NCBI GenBank assembly: GCA_004431415.1
Contig: QPMI01000408.1
Location: 620,001-684,000 of the forward strand
Length of the DNA: 64,000 nt
Direction: 5' to 3'
Origin: Cyanophora paradoxa CCMP329
Taxonomy: Eukaryota > Plantae > Glaucophyta
The position numbers and the translations under genes are program-made. The stretch's first letter is position 1; every line of letters starts with the position of its first letter. Below are positions 23,278 through 36,805 of this stretch, one piece after another. The notes beneath the pieces were generated by a model. That model had not been told where the DNA came from and searched no databases. It worked only from the letters and a program-made list of their open reading frames with translations.

Positions 23278-26200
23278 TCACGCGCATGGGAGGGAGTGCG
23301 GCGCCGGAGGCCCGTCGCCCGCGGCGAGCCCCAGGCCGAGCAGCGTCGACGACGAAGAACTTTCTTCAGCATCCGTCGCCCCCTCCTCCCCGTCCGGCCC
23401 CGCTCCGTGCGCCGCCTGCGCCCCCTGCACGCCCTCGGCCGCGGCCGCCGCTGCAGCTGCGGCGGCGGAGAGGAGCCCGGGCAGCTGCTGTCGCCACAGG
23501 TCCTGCACCAGCGTTTCGAGCCTCTGGACCTGATTCGAGGCGTCAGACGTCGAAAAGCACGAGTGAACAGATGGGGCCGCGCGCGGCGTGGCCGCGGCCG
23601 GGAGGGGGCGCGCGCGCCCATCCGCGGGTATCGAAGAGGGGGGACGTGGCACGCCGCTCGGCAAGGCGCGCCCGCAGAGAAGCGAGCTCGCCGCGGCCTG
23701 CGACTTCATGAGAAAAACTCGGTGCTTAGAAGGGCTGGTCGCCGGCGGCTGCAGCTGGTGCCTGGGCCTGGCCCGGTGTCGAGCGCACGCACCCGCCGTC
23801 GCGAGGTAGACGGCCCGCTCCTCGTACTCCTCCATGGAAGCGGCTGAGGGGCATCCGGTGAGGCCCGAACGCATGGGCGCGACTGGGCGCGAGAGCTATC
23901 GTCACCTACGAGCTCGCGGTCCATTCCGAGGGCCCGAAGAAGCGAGGCGCCGACCCTGACGGATCCGGTGGGTCAGGAGGCTAGGGCCGGGGGGCACGAG
24001 GGGTACAAGTTTGAGAGCGGAGGCGGGGGGAGGGGGGCGGGGGCGGACCGGGAGTGCATGGGGCGGCCGGGGAGGGTGAGGAGGGGGCAGCCGGCCCAGA
24101 GGACATCGGCCCCCGTCGTGTGCCTGCGCGCGCGGGGGCGTGCGCGTCTCAGAGACGACACGCTGAAGGAGAGAGATGATTCGGAGGTTTTAGCTGGACG
24201 CTCTCCAGAGACGCTATGGGGATTTGGAGGCCAATCTATGAGGATTTAGGGGCCAAGCTATAGGGAGCCTTGCGGCCTAGGACCGGGCGCGCCCGCTGCG
24301 AAGTGGAAGCTATAGCTATATGGGAATTTGGAGGCCAAGCAACAGGGAGCCTGGCGGCGTAAGCCCGGGCGCGCGCGCCCGCTGCAGAGGGCGAAGTGGA
24401 AGCTCTAGCTAGACACGCTCCAGAGAAGGGATATGGTTTATTTGGAGGCCAAGCTAATGGGAGCCTGGGGCGGCGGGCCGGGCGATCGGGCGGCGGGCCG
24501 GGCGATCGCGAGGACGGGGCGCGCCCGCTGCAGAGGGCGGAGTCGAGGACGAGGTCGGCGAGGGCCGCCCGCCGCATGTACTCCTGCTTCTCCTGCACGT
24601 CCGTGAACCGCAGCTGCCGGTCCCGGCCCCGCGGGGCGGTGAGCAGCTGCAGGCGATAGACAGGGCGGGCGGGGGAGTCGTCGTTGGGGGTGCTTGCTCT
24701 AAGGGGGCCCGGCCTGCCTGGTGCGGGGCCACGCCCCGGGCCTGCGCCTCGGCGCGGATGCCGGCCTCGCCGGCGGGGGGGAAGCGGAGCAGCCATAGGA
24801 CGCTTCGAATTCGGATGCGGGACCGCCGTCAGGGGCGGGAAAGAGAAGGGGGGGGGAGGGGTAGCACCTGTTGGGAACGCGGCGGAGGATGCGGCACCAG
24901 CAGTCAAGGGTCCGGGAGTCGATCTGCGTGGTCTGTAAGGCGCGCGGACCCGCTTTCCGTCAATATTAATGAGGCCGCGCTACCTTCCAGAGCTGGTTGG
25001 GGTTGTGGAAGACGAATGCGTCCTCGGGCAGGCCCACCTGGCGCGCGAACGAAGTCAGGGGCGAGGGGAGGGACGGGGCGGGCGAGAGGCGGAGGGGGCG
25101 CCTGGGCGCGGGTCCTGCCCCCGGCGAGAACGTCGCGGAAGCTCTGGGCCTGCAAGGAGGGTCTATGAGCGACAGCAAGGGAGAGCAGCCGGGTACAAGG
25201 ACAGCGGCGCACGTGGTCCGTGACGAAGTAGGAGAAGGGGGCCGGGATTCGCAAGATGCGCTCGTCGTAGCGGTCCTGTACCCGGGCGATGCATATGAGG
25301 GCTGGCGGGGCGGGGGTAGCCTAAAAGGGCGGTTCGAAACGGCGCGCCTCGAGCTCGGGGGGTATGACGACGTCATCCGCGAGCATGAAGGGCATGTACT
25401 TGGGGGCGCCCATGGCTGCGGGCGCGTCAGGGGGGTACAGTGCTGCGCCGGCGAAAGGACGGACAGCCGGGGAAGCTGCGGAGAAGGGGTACAGTGAGCG
25501 GGGCGCGGAGAATCCAGAAATGGAGCACGTACCCCATGTAGAGGATCTGGATGGGGGCGGGGCGGAGGGCGAAGATCTGCGGGGGGTAAGCGCCGACCCC
25601 GGGCGGGGGCCGGAGCGGCTGCGGCTGCTCGCCTCGTTGCGGGCGCGGGCCGTGTAGCCTGCGCGCCGGAGTGTCGTTTCAGGGGAAGGCCTGGGCAACA
25701 AAGGGAGTCAGAGGCGGCGGGGCAGACCGTTCAGGTTGAAGAGGACGTGGATTTTGTCCACCTCCCGGATCTTGCCGGCCCGGGTCGGGGGCGCGCGGCG
25801 GCCGCCGGTCAGACCGGGTCGAGGCTTCGAGCGTCAGGCCCACGCAGGTTCTGCGCGGATCGCACCCGGTGGGCGGCCTGCGGCGCCGGTGTCAGAGGCG
25901 GCGGGGCGGGGCGGGGCGGTCAAGGCTCGAGCCCGAGCCCGAGGACGCACGGCGGGGGAGGGGACGGCGATCAGGTCCACGAAGTGCTCGGCCTCGGCCT
26001 CGATCTTGCGCCGGTACAGCCTGCCGCCACACCCTCAGAAGGCGCGTCTTGTACTTTGAAGATGAGGGGGGAGGGGTGGGGGCGCGCGCGCGAGGCGGCG
26101 TCGGGTCTCATGGAGCAGAATAGTTATCGTTTGTGTTTTAGCCGTGCTTTATTTCTCAAGGAAAGCGAAGGGGCGCGCGAGGCGTCGTCGGGGCCGATGG

Positions 26201-29200
26201 AGTAGAGGAAGGCCTCGAGGGGCCCGCCCCGCAGCATCCCGAAGACGGACTGCATCAGGTGCGCCAGCGGGTGGTTGTTGAAGTCGCTCGAGACCTGCCG
26301 GCCGGGGGCCGCGGGCAGCTTAGGGATATGGACGGCAGGAGGCTTAGGATCTTGGCTAATCTTGCTAGCGAGCTTAGCTACCTAGCTAGGGCTTCGATCG
26401 CCCCGTCAGGGATATCATAATAGATGGGGGAGAGGGGAGGGGAGGCTTAGGATTCTCCCGAGGCTAGCTAGGGCTTCGATGACGGCCTAAGGCGAAGGAG
26501 GAGCGGGAGGGCAGCACGCCAAAGATCGGTGAGGGCTAGCCCCTGGGACTGGCCCTCTACGGCATCGATCGAGGCCAGGGGCTAAACCAAAAGGCTGGAG
26601 GGGCGCACGAATCCGACGCGGAGGCGGCGGGGCCGGGGCGACTCGAGGAGGGCCGGCCAGCGGGCGAGCTCGGGCTCGGGGAGGGCGTGCGGCGCCGCGA
26701 GGGCCGCCGCCCGCGCCCCGTGGCTCCGCGCGATCGCTGAGGTCCCAATGAATCACATTGGATCGATTTTAGAAGATTAGAGGGCGGACCGAGGACCCAG
26801 GCGTTGGGGATGGGGTAGAAGAGGGCGTGGTGCGGCTGGACGCAGGCCACGGCCCCTGCGCCGGCGCGGGTCGGGAGGGGCGCGCGGAAGGCTGGGGCGG
26901 GGCTGGAGGGGAGCGCACCGGAGGCGATCTAAGAAGGTGGGGGGTACACACGCGGGGCGCGGGGCGCGGTGAGACGAATTCGAAGGGGAGCGGGCGTCGC
27001 GCGGGGGAGGAGGTCGACGACCCGAGCCGCGCCGCCCCCCGCCCTTCTACCTCGAGGCTGCCCCGTCCCGCCCCGCCCCTTCCAAGCGCCGCCCCCCGCC
27101 CCTCTACTCTTCCGGGATCTAGCGTCCTTCCCGCCCGGGCGGCCGCCCCGCCCCTTCCCGGCGGACCTGGCGGGAGACGACTTGAAGGAGGCGGCGCACG
27201 TTGCGCTCGAACTCGCCCCACGCGCACGACGCCTGCTCCGCGTGCGCCTGCGCACGTACGCCCGGGCCCCGGCCCGCGGGTCAGACTGGCAGTGGAGCTT
27301 TCAGACTGAGGTTGGGGGGCGCGCCAGGTTCGCGAGGGAGTCCGGGTGGTCCGGCTTGAGGAGCAGGGCCCGCCGCAGGTACGCGATGGCCTGTACACCC
27401 CCCCCTTCCATTAGGAAGCGCGAGCAGGAAGCGGGGGTGGGAGGAGAGGCGGCGGGCGGGCGGGCGGGCCTGGAGGTGGCGCCCGAGCTCCTTGAGGGCG
27501 GCCCCGACGGCCGCAACGGGGTCCGCCCAGTCCGGGCGCAGGGTCATCGCCTTTCCGTAGCACTGCGGGGGAGGCCGGCGGTGAGGGGCGGCGCGGGGGG
27601 AGCCTGCCTGGGCCCTTCCTTCCCCTAGGCCCGGGCCCCGCTCTGCACCTTGCAGACCCCGCCCGGCCCGCGCCCGCGCCCGCGCCCGGTCCCGCCGGCC
27701 CCGCCGGCCCCGCCGGCCCTGGCCCGGTCCCACTCCAGGCACCTGCACGCCCGGGCCCCTACCCTCCGTTAGGCCCCTCTCTCCCTCCCCCTCGCTCTCT
27801 CCTCCGCCCTCGTCCCGATCTCCGATCCCCGGCCTGGCGGCACCTCCAGGGCCTCTTGGTACCGCCCCGCGAGCTTGTACGCGTGCCCCTGCGCCCGAAG
27901 CTCAGGCGCCCCACGTCTCAAGAGCGCGGCGCCGATCTGATCTCGCGGCAGCCGCACGAGGTTGGCGTGGGCCTGCGCGCGCCCGCCATCAGCCCGACTT
28001 CCTGGATCAAATTTCTCGGGGGTACGCACGTCGGCGAAGTACGGGTCGAGGGCGAGGGCCGTCGCGAAGTGCCGCATCGCCTCCTGCACCTGCGCCGCAC
28101 GGTCTCAGGACCCCGCCAGCCCAGCGGGGTACCGCAGGAACGCGCCCGGCCCGCCTCCGTGAGGAGGTTCGCGACCTGCCGGGGGTACGCGAACGACGCC
28201 GTCAAGCAGGGCCGGGGGTACTTGCGAGACAGAGCGGGGGTACACGCACGTTGCTGTGCACGATGGCGAAGGTGGGGCAGATGTTCAGGGCCGCCCTGCG
28301 GGGGGTCAGCGCTCAGGGGAGTACGGGCTCAGCGAGGCGGGGGGCGACGCGCTGGTAGCATGTGAAAGCGTCCTGTATCCGAGCAGTCTCCTTGAAATGG
28401 TTGCCCTTCGGATCGACTCAGAAGAGAAGAGTAGGTGAAACGAAAGAGGGCGAAGCGGGGGTACCATGTTGTTGTAAGCGGGGGCGTGGCGTGGGTCGAT
28501 CTCTGCGCGATGAGATCGGGGCGGGCTCCGGGCGGCGGGGACCGTCGGGCGCACCGATTGCGCGGGCGAAGCACTGTACAGCGCTGGCCGTGTCCCCGCG
28601 GACCTTTAGCGCGTTCCCGAGCTGCAGCGGGCTCGGCACAGGCGAGGCAGGGGGCGAGGGGTACGGCACACGTTGTTGAGGAGGTCCGGGCTGTCGGGGT
28701 GGATCGAGAGGGCCCTGCAGGGGCGCTCGGAACGCGACGGGGGTACAGGAGCCGATCATAGCGGGCGTACTTGCGGTAGGTGGCGATGGCGTCGTCGCAG
28801 CGGCCCGCCTCCGTCAGGGCGTCCCCCGCCGCCGCCAGCGCCGAGACCTGCGCGGATCAAATTCGATCCGCAAGGCCGCCGCGGCGTGCGGTAAAAGCAC
28901 CTCGGTGGGCCCGCCCATCGCCGCCGCGCGCTCGGCGCAGCGGACGGCCTCCTCAGGGCGGCGCAGGGCGCGCAGCGACGCGGCGGCGCCCATGAGGGCC
29001 TCCGGTGACGCGTCCAGTTGGATCGAGCGCTCGAAGCAGCTGCGGCCCGCGGATCGAATCTCCGTTTCTGCATTCAGAAGATTGCGAAGCGCACCTCAGC
29101 GCGTCCTGAGGCCGGCCCAGCTCCCGATACACGGTGCCGAGGCGCGTCCACGAGGACGCGCGCTGCGGGTCCATGGATGTCGCCTGCGCACAAGGCCTCA

Positions 29201-30078
29201 GAGCCCTTTTCCATGAGATAGGCAAACAGGCGCACCGCCTGGAAGGCCTGGTGCGCGTTCGGGAGCAGTCCGGCGGAACGGTAGAGGATGCCCAGGTGAA
29301 TCTTGGTGTCGACTGACGGGCCCGCGGCGTCGGCGCGATGCATGTAGGAAATGGCGTCGGAAATCTGCCCGCGAAAGCTGTAGACGCCCGCCACGTTCAC
29401 GAGTGCGTCCTGGAACTGGGGCTTCTCCTCCAACTGCAGCGGGGGCAAGTCGGTGGCGCGCAGCGAGGGAAGGAGCGGAAATCAAGCGAACAGCTTTGAA
29501 GTAGAACGAGAGCGCCTGCTCCGTGTCGCCTGCAATGCGCATTGAGGGAAAGACAATCGATGCAGAGACGAGCAGGCGTACCGAGGGCCCGGTGACAGTT
29601 CCCTGCGTTGCTCAGCGCCTCGCACATGTTGGGATCGAGCTCCAGAGCCTTCAAGTTGAGATCCAGCGCCTCCTTGAAGAGCGCCCTCCCCGCCTTTTCG
29701 CCTTGGTCGCCGGAGCCTGTTTCCCGCTTCACACGCGCGGCCTCCTCCTGCTCCTTGCGCAGCCCGAGACTGAAAATCGCTGCACCCTGCACGTACGCAG
29801 CGCGGCTACGCTCAGCAGGATTCGCGCGACCGCTGCCGGGTGGCAATGCATGGGAGCGCAGCGAGCGGGAGCGATGGGAGCGACGGGATTCGCGCAGCCA
29901 GCACACGACAAAGTATGCGCGCAAGCGCGGCGCCGCGCACCCGGAGTAGAAACGCCGAGGGAGAAGGTGAAAGCGCGGCCGCGGCCCGCTCGCACCCATG
30001 AAAGTCTCCGCGGCCGTAGAGCTTCACCGCCTCGGCGAGAGACCCGCCGACCGGCTCCGTATGCGCCGCGTTTGTCAT
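23278..30078 (-). CDS. O-GlcNAc transferase (OGT/SECRET AGENT type, GT41) with N-terminal TPR repeats
   Basis: Many TPR exons (ALELDPNMCEALSNAGN; HAPAYNN; ALLLKPDHPDSLANL), VQPHHALFYP, VSSDFNNHPLAHLMQSVFG, GLPEDAFVFHNPNQLWK, RAALADLVLDS, RVGASLLRALG. Confidence 0.9.
24181..24535. repeat. Degenerate tandem repeats inside OGT intron
   Basis: Recurrent blocks atttggaggccaa..gggagcct..gcgcgcccgctgc (3-4 copies). Confidence 0.75.
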
Positions 30079-30214
30079 TTCCAGCGCCGCTTCCGATTCA
30101 AGTTCGGACTGTTGGGGTACAGAATCGCCAGAGCCGTGTCGAAGTCAGCTGCAGCGCTTTGCCGGCACTCTGAAGCGCGAGGGACGAGTTGAACAAACTG
30201 CTGCGATCAGCATC

Positions 30215-30753
30215 ATGACGGATCACCAGCCGGAGGACGAAGAGGGCGCCGAGGATGAAGGTGCAGGCGCGCCCGAGGAGGCCGACGAGCTAGACGATGA
30301 CGACTTTGTGGCGGACGAGCTTCCCCCGCAGCTCTCCGGCAAGGCGCGCGCGCCCCTCGCTCGCCCGATCCGCTTGGCATTGAGCGTACGTGCGCAGCGC
30401 TTGGACGCGCGGCAGCGCGGCGTGGGTTGGATGGAGGCGGGCGGGAAGTGGAAGCAGGCGTTCCTGGAGCTGGGGCGAGAAGCCGATGCGGAGCCGTGCT
30501 TGCACCTTTATCTTGAGGACGGTAAGCACCTGCGCGATCTCTTCGCTGTTCAGGGCCGACGCTCCATGCAGACGGCGAGGCGCAGCGCTTCGACCATCGT
30601 AGCGCGACGCCGCAAGAGGAGGAGCCGCGCCGGGGGAAGTGGCCGCTGTTGCTGGCGTGGGAGCATGGCGACCCGCAGACACTGGCACTCGCCTTCAACA
30701 CAAAGCTCGAGCGGGAGTCGTGGATGCAGGCTCTGGGCTTCCGGAGAACATAG
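30215..30753 (+). CDS. Small acidic protein with possible PH-like domain
   Basis: Acidic N-terminus, GWMEAGGKWKQAFLEL, and C-terminal LAFNTKLERESWMQALG resembling a PH-domain terminal helix. Two short introns. Confidence 0.55.
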
Positions 30754-30966
30754 GCGCAGATCTAGAGCAGGCAGGGCAGTCTACATGCAGAGTACATTAC
30801 GCAGGGACGCTTAGCAGGCGTAGCTCTTTCTAGAGATCTACCTATACAGGTCATTGTTTCACCCGCCAGCGACACGCAAGCGCGGCGAGCCCGTCGCGGC
30901 CGATCGGCCTCTAGATCCCACAGCAAGGCCCGCTAAAGCTAGCGCTTCAGCTAGCTGTAGCTAGCG

Positions 30967-31524
30967 CTACACGAGCTGGGCGGAGCGGTAGGTGAGCTCG
31001 ATGCAGCCGGCGCGGCCGCGCCAGAGCGTCCGCCTCACAAACTCGACGCTGGTCTCCGAGGCCAGGACGGACCCCGCGCAGGCCACCTCCACCCGGTTCG
31101 CCTCCTCCAGGTCCAGGGCCATTGCCAGGTACCTCTTCAGGTGCTGCGCGCCCCGGCGCGGGGGGGGCGGGGGGTACCGTCGGCTCCCGGGGGTACGGGG
31201 GCGGCGGATGGCAGGGGGGAGGGGGCACCTGCACGGAGATGCTGGGGGCCGTGCGGAGGAATGGCTTCTCGAGGGGCGCGAGGGGGTGGCTCGCCCTGCG
31301 TGGCGTTGGGCGGGCCGGGAAGGGGGCCGAGCCTTGGGGCGGGGGCTCACGTCTCGTCGGGGCGGAGCGCGAAGACGACGGGCGGCTCCTCGGGCCGCCT
31401 CGCCTCCTCGCGCGGCCGCGACGAGCTCGCCTCGCCCGCCTCGCCCCCCGCCGCAGCCGCAGCAGCAGCGGCGGCAGCAGCAGCAGCACGCTTCCGCTCT
31501 GCGCTCGCTCGATTCGGAACGGCC

Positions 31525-31558
<34 letters not shown>

Positions 31559-33816
31559 AAGGCGCACGCTGCGCGGGGTCGTTCTTCCCCGCGCTGAACG
31601 CCGTCGCCGCCCGCTGCCGGATGACGAAGACCGCTGCCGGGCGGGCGGGCGGGGCGCACGTGCACGGTCAGCCCCTCCTCGCGTCGGATGGGGAGCAGGA
31701 AGGGTACGGGGACGCACGGTGGGCGGCGTCGGTCTCAGCGTCGGTACCCCGCTCGGCAAAGAAGCGGGCGCGCTCCTCGGCCTCCCTGGCGCGCAGCTCG
31801 GGCATCAGCTTGTCGACCAGGTTCCCGAGCGCCCGGTCCGGCCTGCCGCGGCGCTGAGCGGACGGGAGGGGTACAGAAAGGGGAGGGAGGGGGTACCGGA
31901 TGGAGAAGGCGGCGAGGCGGGAGAGGTCGACGTCGCAGAGGGGGCAGCGGGGCACCTCCATACGCCGCACGTGCTCCAGGATGCACACCTTGCAGACTGC
32001 GAGGGGCCCGGCCGGGCGAACAGACGTCGGACTAGAGCAAGCAGACTGAACAGGACGGGCGGGGCGGAGGGAGTGAGGAAGGGCGCACAGGTGTGCATGC
32101 ACTCCCCGACGGTGTGCGGTTCGCGGTAGACGCCGGCGCAGAGCAGGCACACGATGAACTGGTTCACCAGCCGCAGCGGCACCTCCATCAGGCCGCCCTT
32201 GACCCGCGGCGCCTCCGCAGGCTCCCCAGCCGCCCCCGCCGCCTCCGCGGCGCGTGCGCCCCGCGGCGAGGGCAGCGGCGGGGGGGCGCGCCGCGGGGCC
32301 GGCTGCCGCCTTTCCTCCCCACGTCGCTCTGCCGGCGGGCGGGCGGGCGGGTCTGAGGGCAGAGGACAAGGCAGGCAGCCGGGGTACGGGCGCGCACGCT
32401 CTCCTCGGCCGGGCCGCCCTCGCCGGGCTCCCGCTCCCTCGCCCGGGCGCGCTCCCGTTCCTCGCGCTCCCGCTTCCGCTTCGCCGACGCGGCCGCCGTC
32501 GCCGCCGCCGTGGGCGACGAGGCCGGTCGCGGCGCGGGCGAGGCCGGCGACTCGGCCGGCCGCTCCGGCAGCAGCGGGCGCGGCGCCCTCCCGCCGTAGA
32601 AGATTCTCTGGAGCTCCGCATCCTGCGGCCCGCATCAGATCCGAGCCGCTCGCTCCCGCCGTCCCCCGAGCCTGCCGCCCCCGCCGCACCGAGGGCAGCA
32701 TCGGCGGCGCGCTGTATATGAAGGGGTTGCCGATGCCGCCGCGGCCCTCCCGCACAAGCAGCTGCGCGGCGCATCGGTCCGGGAAGCGCACGACTGCAAG
32801 GCGCGGCGGGCCGGGGCGTCGCTCGCCTCCTCGCGCAGAAGACCGCGGAGGACCTTGCAAACCTCGGTGTTCCTGCGGGGCGCGCGCGCTTGTCAGCTCG
32901 CCCGCGCGACGCCGTCAGGAGCCGCGCCCGAACGCACTTCGGCTCGTTCGTGATCGCCAGGCACATCCTGCGGCGGGCCGGGCGTCGGCAGCAGCGGCGG
33001 GGCCGGCGAGGGCGCAGGGAGCGACGCGCACTCCTTCTCTGTGGCGCGCCCCCCGCCGCTCTCGATGCAGCGGTATATACGATGCGCCGACGCGACGTGC
33101 TGCGCGGGCGGGCGGGTGGTCGGTCGTTCGGCGGCGGCGGGGCGCCCCGCGGCTGGCCGGCCGCGCACCTGCGGCATGTCGGCGGGGGCCTCCCAGTCGA
33201 TCTCGAGCGCGCGGGTCCCGATCGCGCTGCCGGAAGTGTCTTCGGAGCCCCTGCCGAGCTCCTTCGCGTCCTGCGCGCCCGCCTCCGGCGACGCGGTCGC
33301 CTGCGTACGCTCGCGCTGCGCGTCCTCGGCGCCCTCCGCCGCCGCCGCCTCCGCCTCCGGCGCCTCCCGCTCCTCCTCCGCATCGGCCGAGATCGCATCC
33401 GCCTCGCGATCCATTGGCGCCTCCCCATCCTCGTCCTCCGCAGCGTCGACTGCTATCCGCTGATTCGCGGAGTCGTCCTCCTCATCGGCATCCGATGCCT
33501 CGTGCTCGCCCGCCCCCGCCATTTCCGTGTCCTCTGCGTCTTCGCCGGCGTGGTTGTTGCCGTCCTCGCGCTCGTCGCTCTCGCGCTCGTCGTCGCTGGG
33601 GCTCACCTCGCCCGCGGCTTGGATCTCGGGCCCGGGCCCGTCGGGCTCCGGGGCAGGCGCGCTGTCGTCAGCATCGTCCGGATCTTCTTCGTGCTCCGAG
33701 GACGACTCCATGGGCGCGCAGGGCGACGCAGGCGCGGACAGCGGCGCGGCTGCATCGATCATCTCCGCGTCTCTCGAATCGGGCGCAAATGGGTCTGCAT
33801 CGTCATCGTCCGCCAT
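30967..33816 (-). CDS. Polycomb group RING finger protein (PCGF/BMI1/DRIP-like: C3HC4 RING + RAWUL)
   Basis: NQFIVCLLCAGVYREPHTVGECMHT..CKVCI..CPLC..RPDRALGNLVDKLMPEL, and C-terminal PLEKPFLRT..HLKRYLA..VEVAC..IELTYR. Long acidic N-terminus. Confidence 0.85.
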
Positions 33817-34210
33817 CTGCAGAACCGGAGAGTCTGGCAACCGCGAGCGCCAGCAGGCAGCTGGCGGTTGCGGGGTACCGGTACCGCGAGCCCACCTCAA
33901 AAGACAAGCCCTCTTAGCTGAATCCCAACGCGCAGCAGCTTTAGAGCCTGCAGGGCGTGCAGCCTCTGCACAGTGCAGCCCCGGTCCGGCTCGAGGTACC
34001 TCGCTGCCAAGTTACTCCAACCCAATCGGCCGGTGCTAAGCTAGCCAGCTCCGGGATCCTGGGGCGGCTCCAGCACTTCACCCAGCGTACTTCTTCTTCA
34101 ACGTAGCTAAAGAGTTCACGGGTGCTCTGCGCGCTCGTGGACGGGGAACGCCACTTGAGATCGGCGTCGCGCATGGCGCTGAGGACGGGCGGCCTGGACA
34201 TATAGCACAG

Positions 34211-36805
34211 ATGGCAGCGGGCGAAGAGCCCGCGTGGCGCCACATCCTGGAAGCGCCCGCGCCGCGGTGCATCCGGACGCCGCCCTCCCACCGCCTCACG
34301 GACCTGAGGAGCACGGTGCGCCCCGGCCCGCCCCGCCCTAGGCCCGGGGGCTCGACTTCTCAGCTCACGTGCTTTCGCCCGCCTCCAGCTCGTGTTTCGG
34401 GTCCCGCCGCGCCCGGAGACGCCGCCCTCGTCCTCGAGCTCTGACTCCGGGGACGAGAGCGGCTCGAGCTCGCGCTCCAGCAGCAGCTCGGCGGGGGAGA
34501 ATGACGAGCCGGACCCCGCGCTGCCCCCGCCGGGCCCCCCCCCGCCCCCCGCCCTCATCTGGGAGAACCCCCCTACCCCCCGCTCCCACGAGCCTGCCCC
34601 CGTGCGCCCCCGTTCGCCCCCCATTTTTCTCCCTCAACCAGCCCATAACGTACCCCGCGGACCAGGTCGGGTGCCTCTCGCGGCTCGAACAGCCGTACGC
34701 CCCGCTAGGGGTACCCGATTTCAACATCGACCGGCTCCTCCCCCGCGCCCTCCGCGCCAAGTGCGCCCCCTCTACCCCGGCTTTGCCTTCCCCGCCCCCC
34801 TCTTAGCTTAAGGCGGCCTGCAGGATCCTGGGCCCGATCGCCCGGGGGCGCGCCGGGAGCCCGCCCAGCCGCGCGGGCCGCCGGCACGGGCGCGCGGCGC
34901 ACGGGCTCGAGTCCGCGCGGGACCGGAAAGGGCCGCCGCCGGCGGCGGTGCCGGCGGCGCGCCCGGCGGCGGGTGAGGAGCCGCTCCCGCACCCGCAGCG
35001 CCGCGGGGAGGACGGGGGCGCCCCCGCCGAGCGCGAGGCGGCCTTCCGCTACACGATGCTGCTGCGGGCCTCCGCCCCAACCTCGCCCGCCTCGCATCCC
35101 GTGCGGCCCCGCACGCGCCCTCCCCCCCCGCCCGCCCCCCCCCCGCGCCCCCCGCTGACAGGGCCCCCGCAGCGCGCGAGAAGGACGCGTCGGGGTACCA
35201 CTTCCTCCGGAAGGTCTGGCACCGCTCCGAGGAGGTCGCCAAGCGCGTGCGGGTGCGCTGTACCCCTCCTTTTGATCCTTTTATTCCGGATGCGACCGGC
35301 CGCGCAGGCCGGGGCGTCGCGCCGCGAGGCGCTGGCGGGGACGGCGGCCCCGCGCCCGTCATCGTCTCTCGAGTGGGCGGCCCTCCCGCCGGCCGCGGCC
35401 GCCCATCCCGAGCCGCCCGCGGGGCCCTCGCCCGAGCCCTCGCCCTCGCCCTCCCCGGGGCAGAGGGCCGCCGGCCGCTTCGCGCGGGGCCGCGGCCTCG
35501 CCGTCTCCGTCGGGGAAGAGGGCCGGCCGGCCGGGGGGGTAGACCCCTCCGTGCTGCCCGTCGAGCCCCACAGGGTCCCGCGGGGGGTAGAGAAGGAGGC
35601 GGCGGAGGGGGCGGAGGAGACGGCGGGGCAGCGGGAGCGGCGCAAGCTGCGGGAGGAGGCGGTCCGGGAGGGGCCCGCCGCCCCGCGGCCCTCCCTCTTT
35701 CCCCACCAGGTCCGATCCCGTACCCCCTTCCCCCCCCTCCCTACCCCGCTTCCCTCCTCTTACTCACCGCTTACACCGCGCGCAGCTCGCGCACCACCTC
35801 CCGGGGGGCCCGATCGACGAGCCGCCCCTCCCCGCGGCGGGCGGGGCCCGCCCCAGCCGCGCGGCCCACGAGCCCCAGGTCCGGCCGCCCCCCTCGATGC
35901 CCGCCTCGCGTGACACCCCCCTCGCAGCGCGGGCGCCGGTGGTCCCACGACGGCGCTCACGAGGGGTATCAGGTTCGCCCGCGGGGCGCCCATCCGTACC
36001 CCGGCCCTCAATCCTGTACCCCCTCCCGCAGGACTTCGACGTCGTGCAGCGCGAGATGAGGAAGCGGCTCCTCGTCCGCATGGAGCGGTGCGAGCGCAGC
36101 GACGTGCCCCCCTCTCACCTCTTCCCCTGTCCTGAAAGGGGGGTGCGTGCAGGCTCGGGGTGGTGCGGGCGGACCGCGCGCTGCGGAAGAGCCTGGCGTC
36201 GCAGCTGGACCGGGGCGGGCCGCCCGCGGCCGCCGCCGCCCCCGGGAGCGCGCCCCGCCCCATCTCCGTCCTCTCCCTCGCCTCTACCCCCGGCCTCTCC
36301 CCTCTCCTGCCCCCGCCGCGGGCGGCGTCGCCCCAGAAGGGTCCCCAGCCGCCCCCCAGCCCCTCCCCGGCCGACCTGGACGGCCTGGGCCCCGACCGCG
36401 GGAGGGGTACGCGCGCCGCGGAGCTCCGCTTCGTCGAGCGGCTCGCGAGGGCCGGCGGCCCGGGGGGTACGGTCTCCCGGGACGCCCTCTTCAGCGCCGT
36501 GAACCGTACCCCCCCGGCGGACCTCCGCGCGAGCAACCGGCTCCGGCTCCTCGTCGCCGCGCTCGTCAACGAGGTACCCCGCAGCCTATCCTCCCCCGCC
36601 TCTGGCCGTCCTGATGCTGGGGGCGCGCGCGCAGCTGGGGGCGCAGCGGGAGTTCGCGGCGTTCGCGGCCGCGCGGGGCCTTCCCTTCCGCTCCGGCGCC
36701 GGCGAGGGCCCTCCCCGCTTCTCCCCCGGGCCGCTCAGCCCCCCGCTGGGCAACCGCCCCCGGCCCCACACGTCCCTTCATGGCCATCTCAACGTCCCCC
36801 CCTAG
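34211..36805 (+). CDS. Hypothetical Pro-rich multi-exon protein
   Basis: Exon-like frames with splice signals (YAPLGVPDFNIDRLLPR; DFDVVQREMRKRLL; ELRFVERLARAG). No recognised family. Confidence 0.45.

Noticed and set aside
31668-33921. Several 300-590 aa overlapping Arg/Pro/Ala-rich ORFs on both strands
   Set aside because: Expected from stop-codon scarcity in very GC-rich DNA. The real gene is the spliced PCGF.
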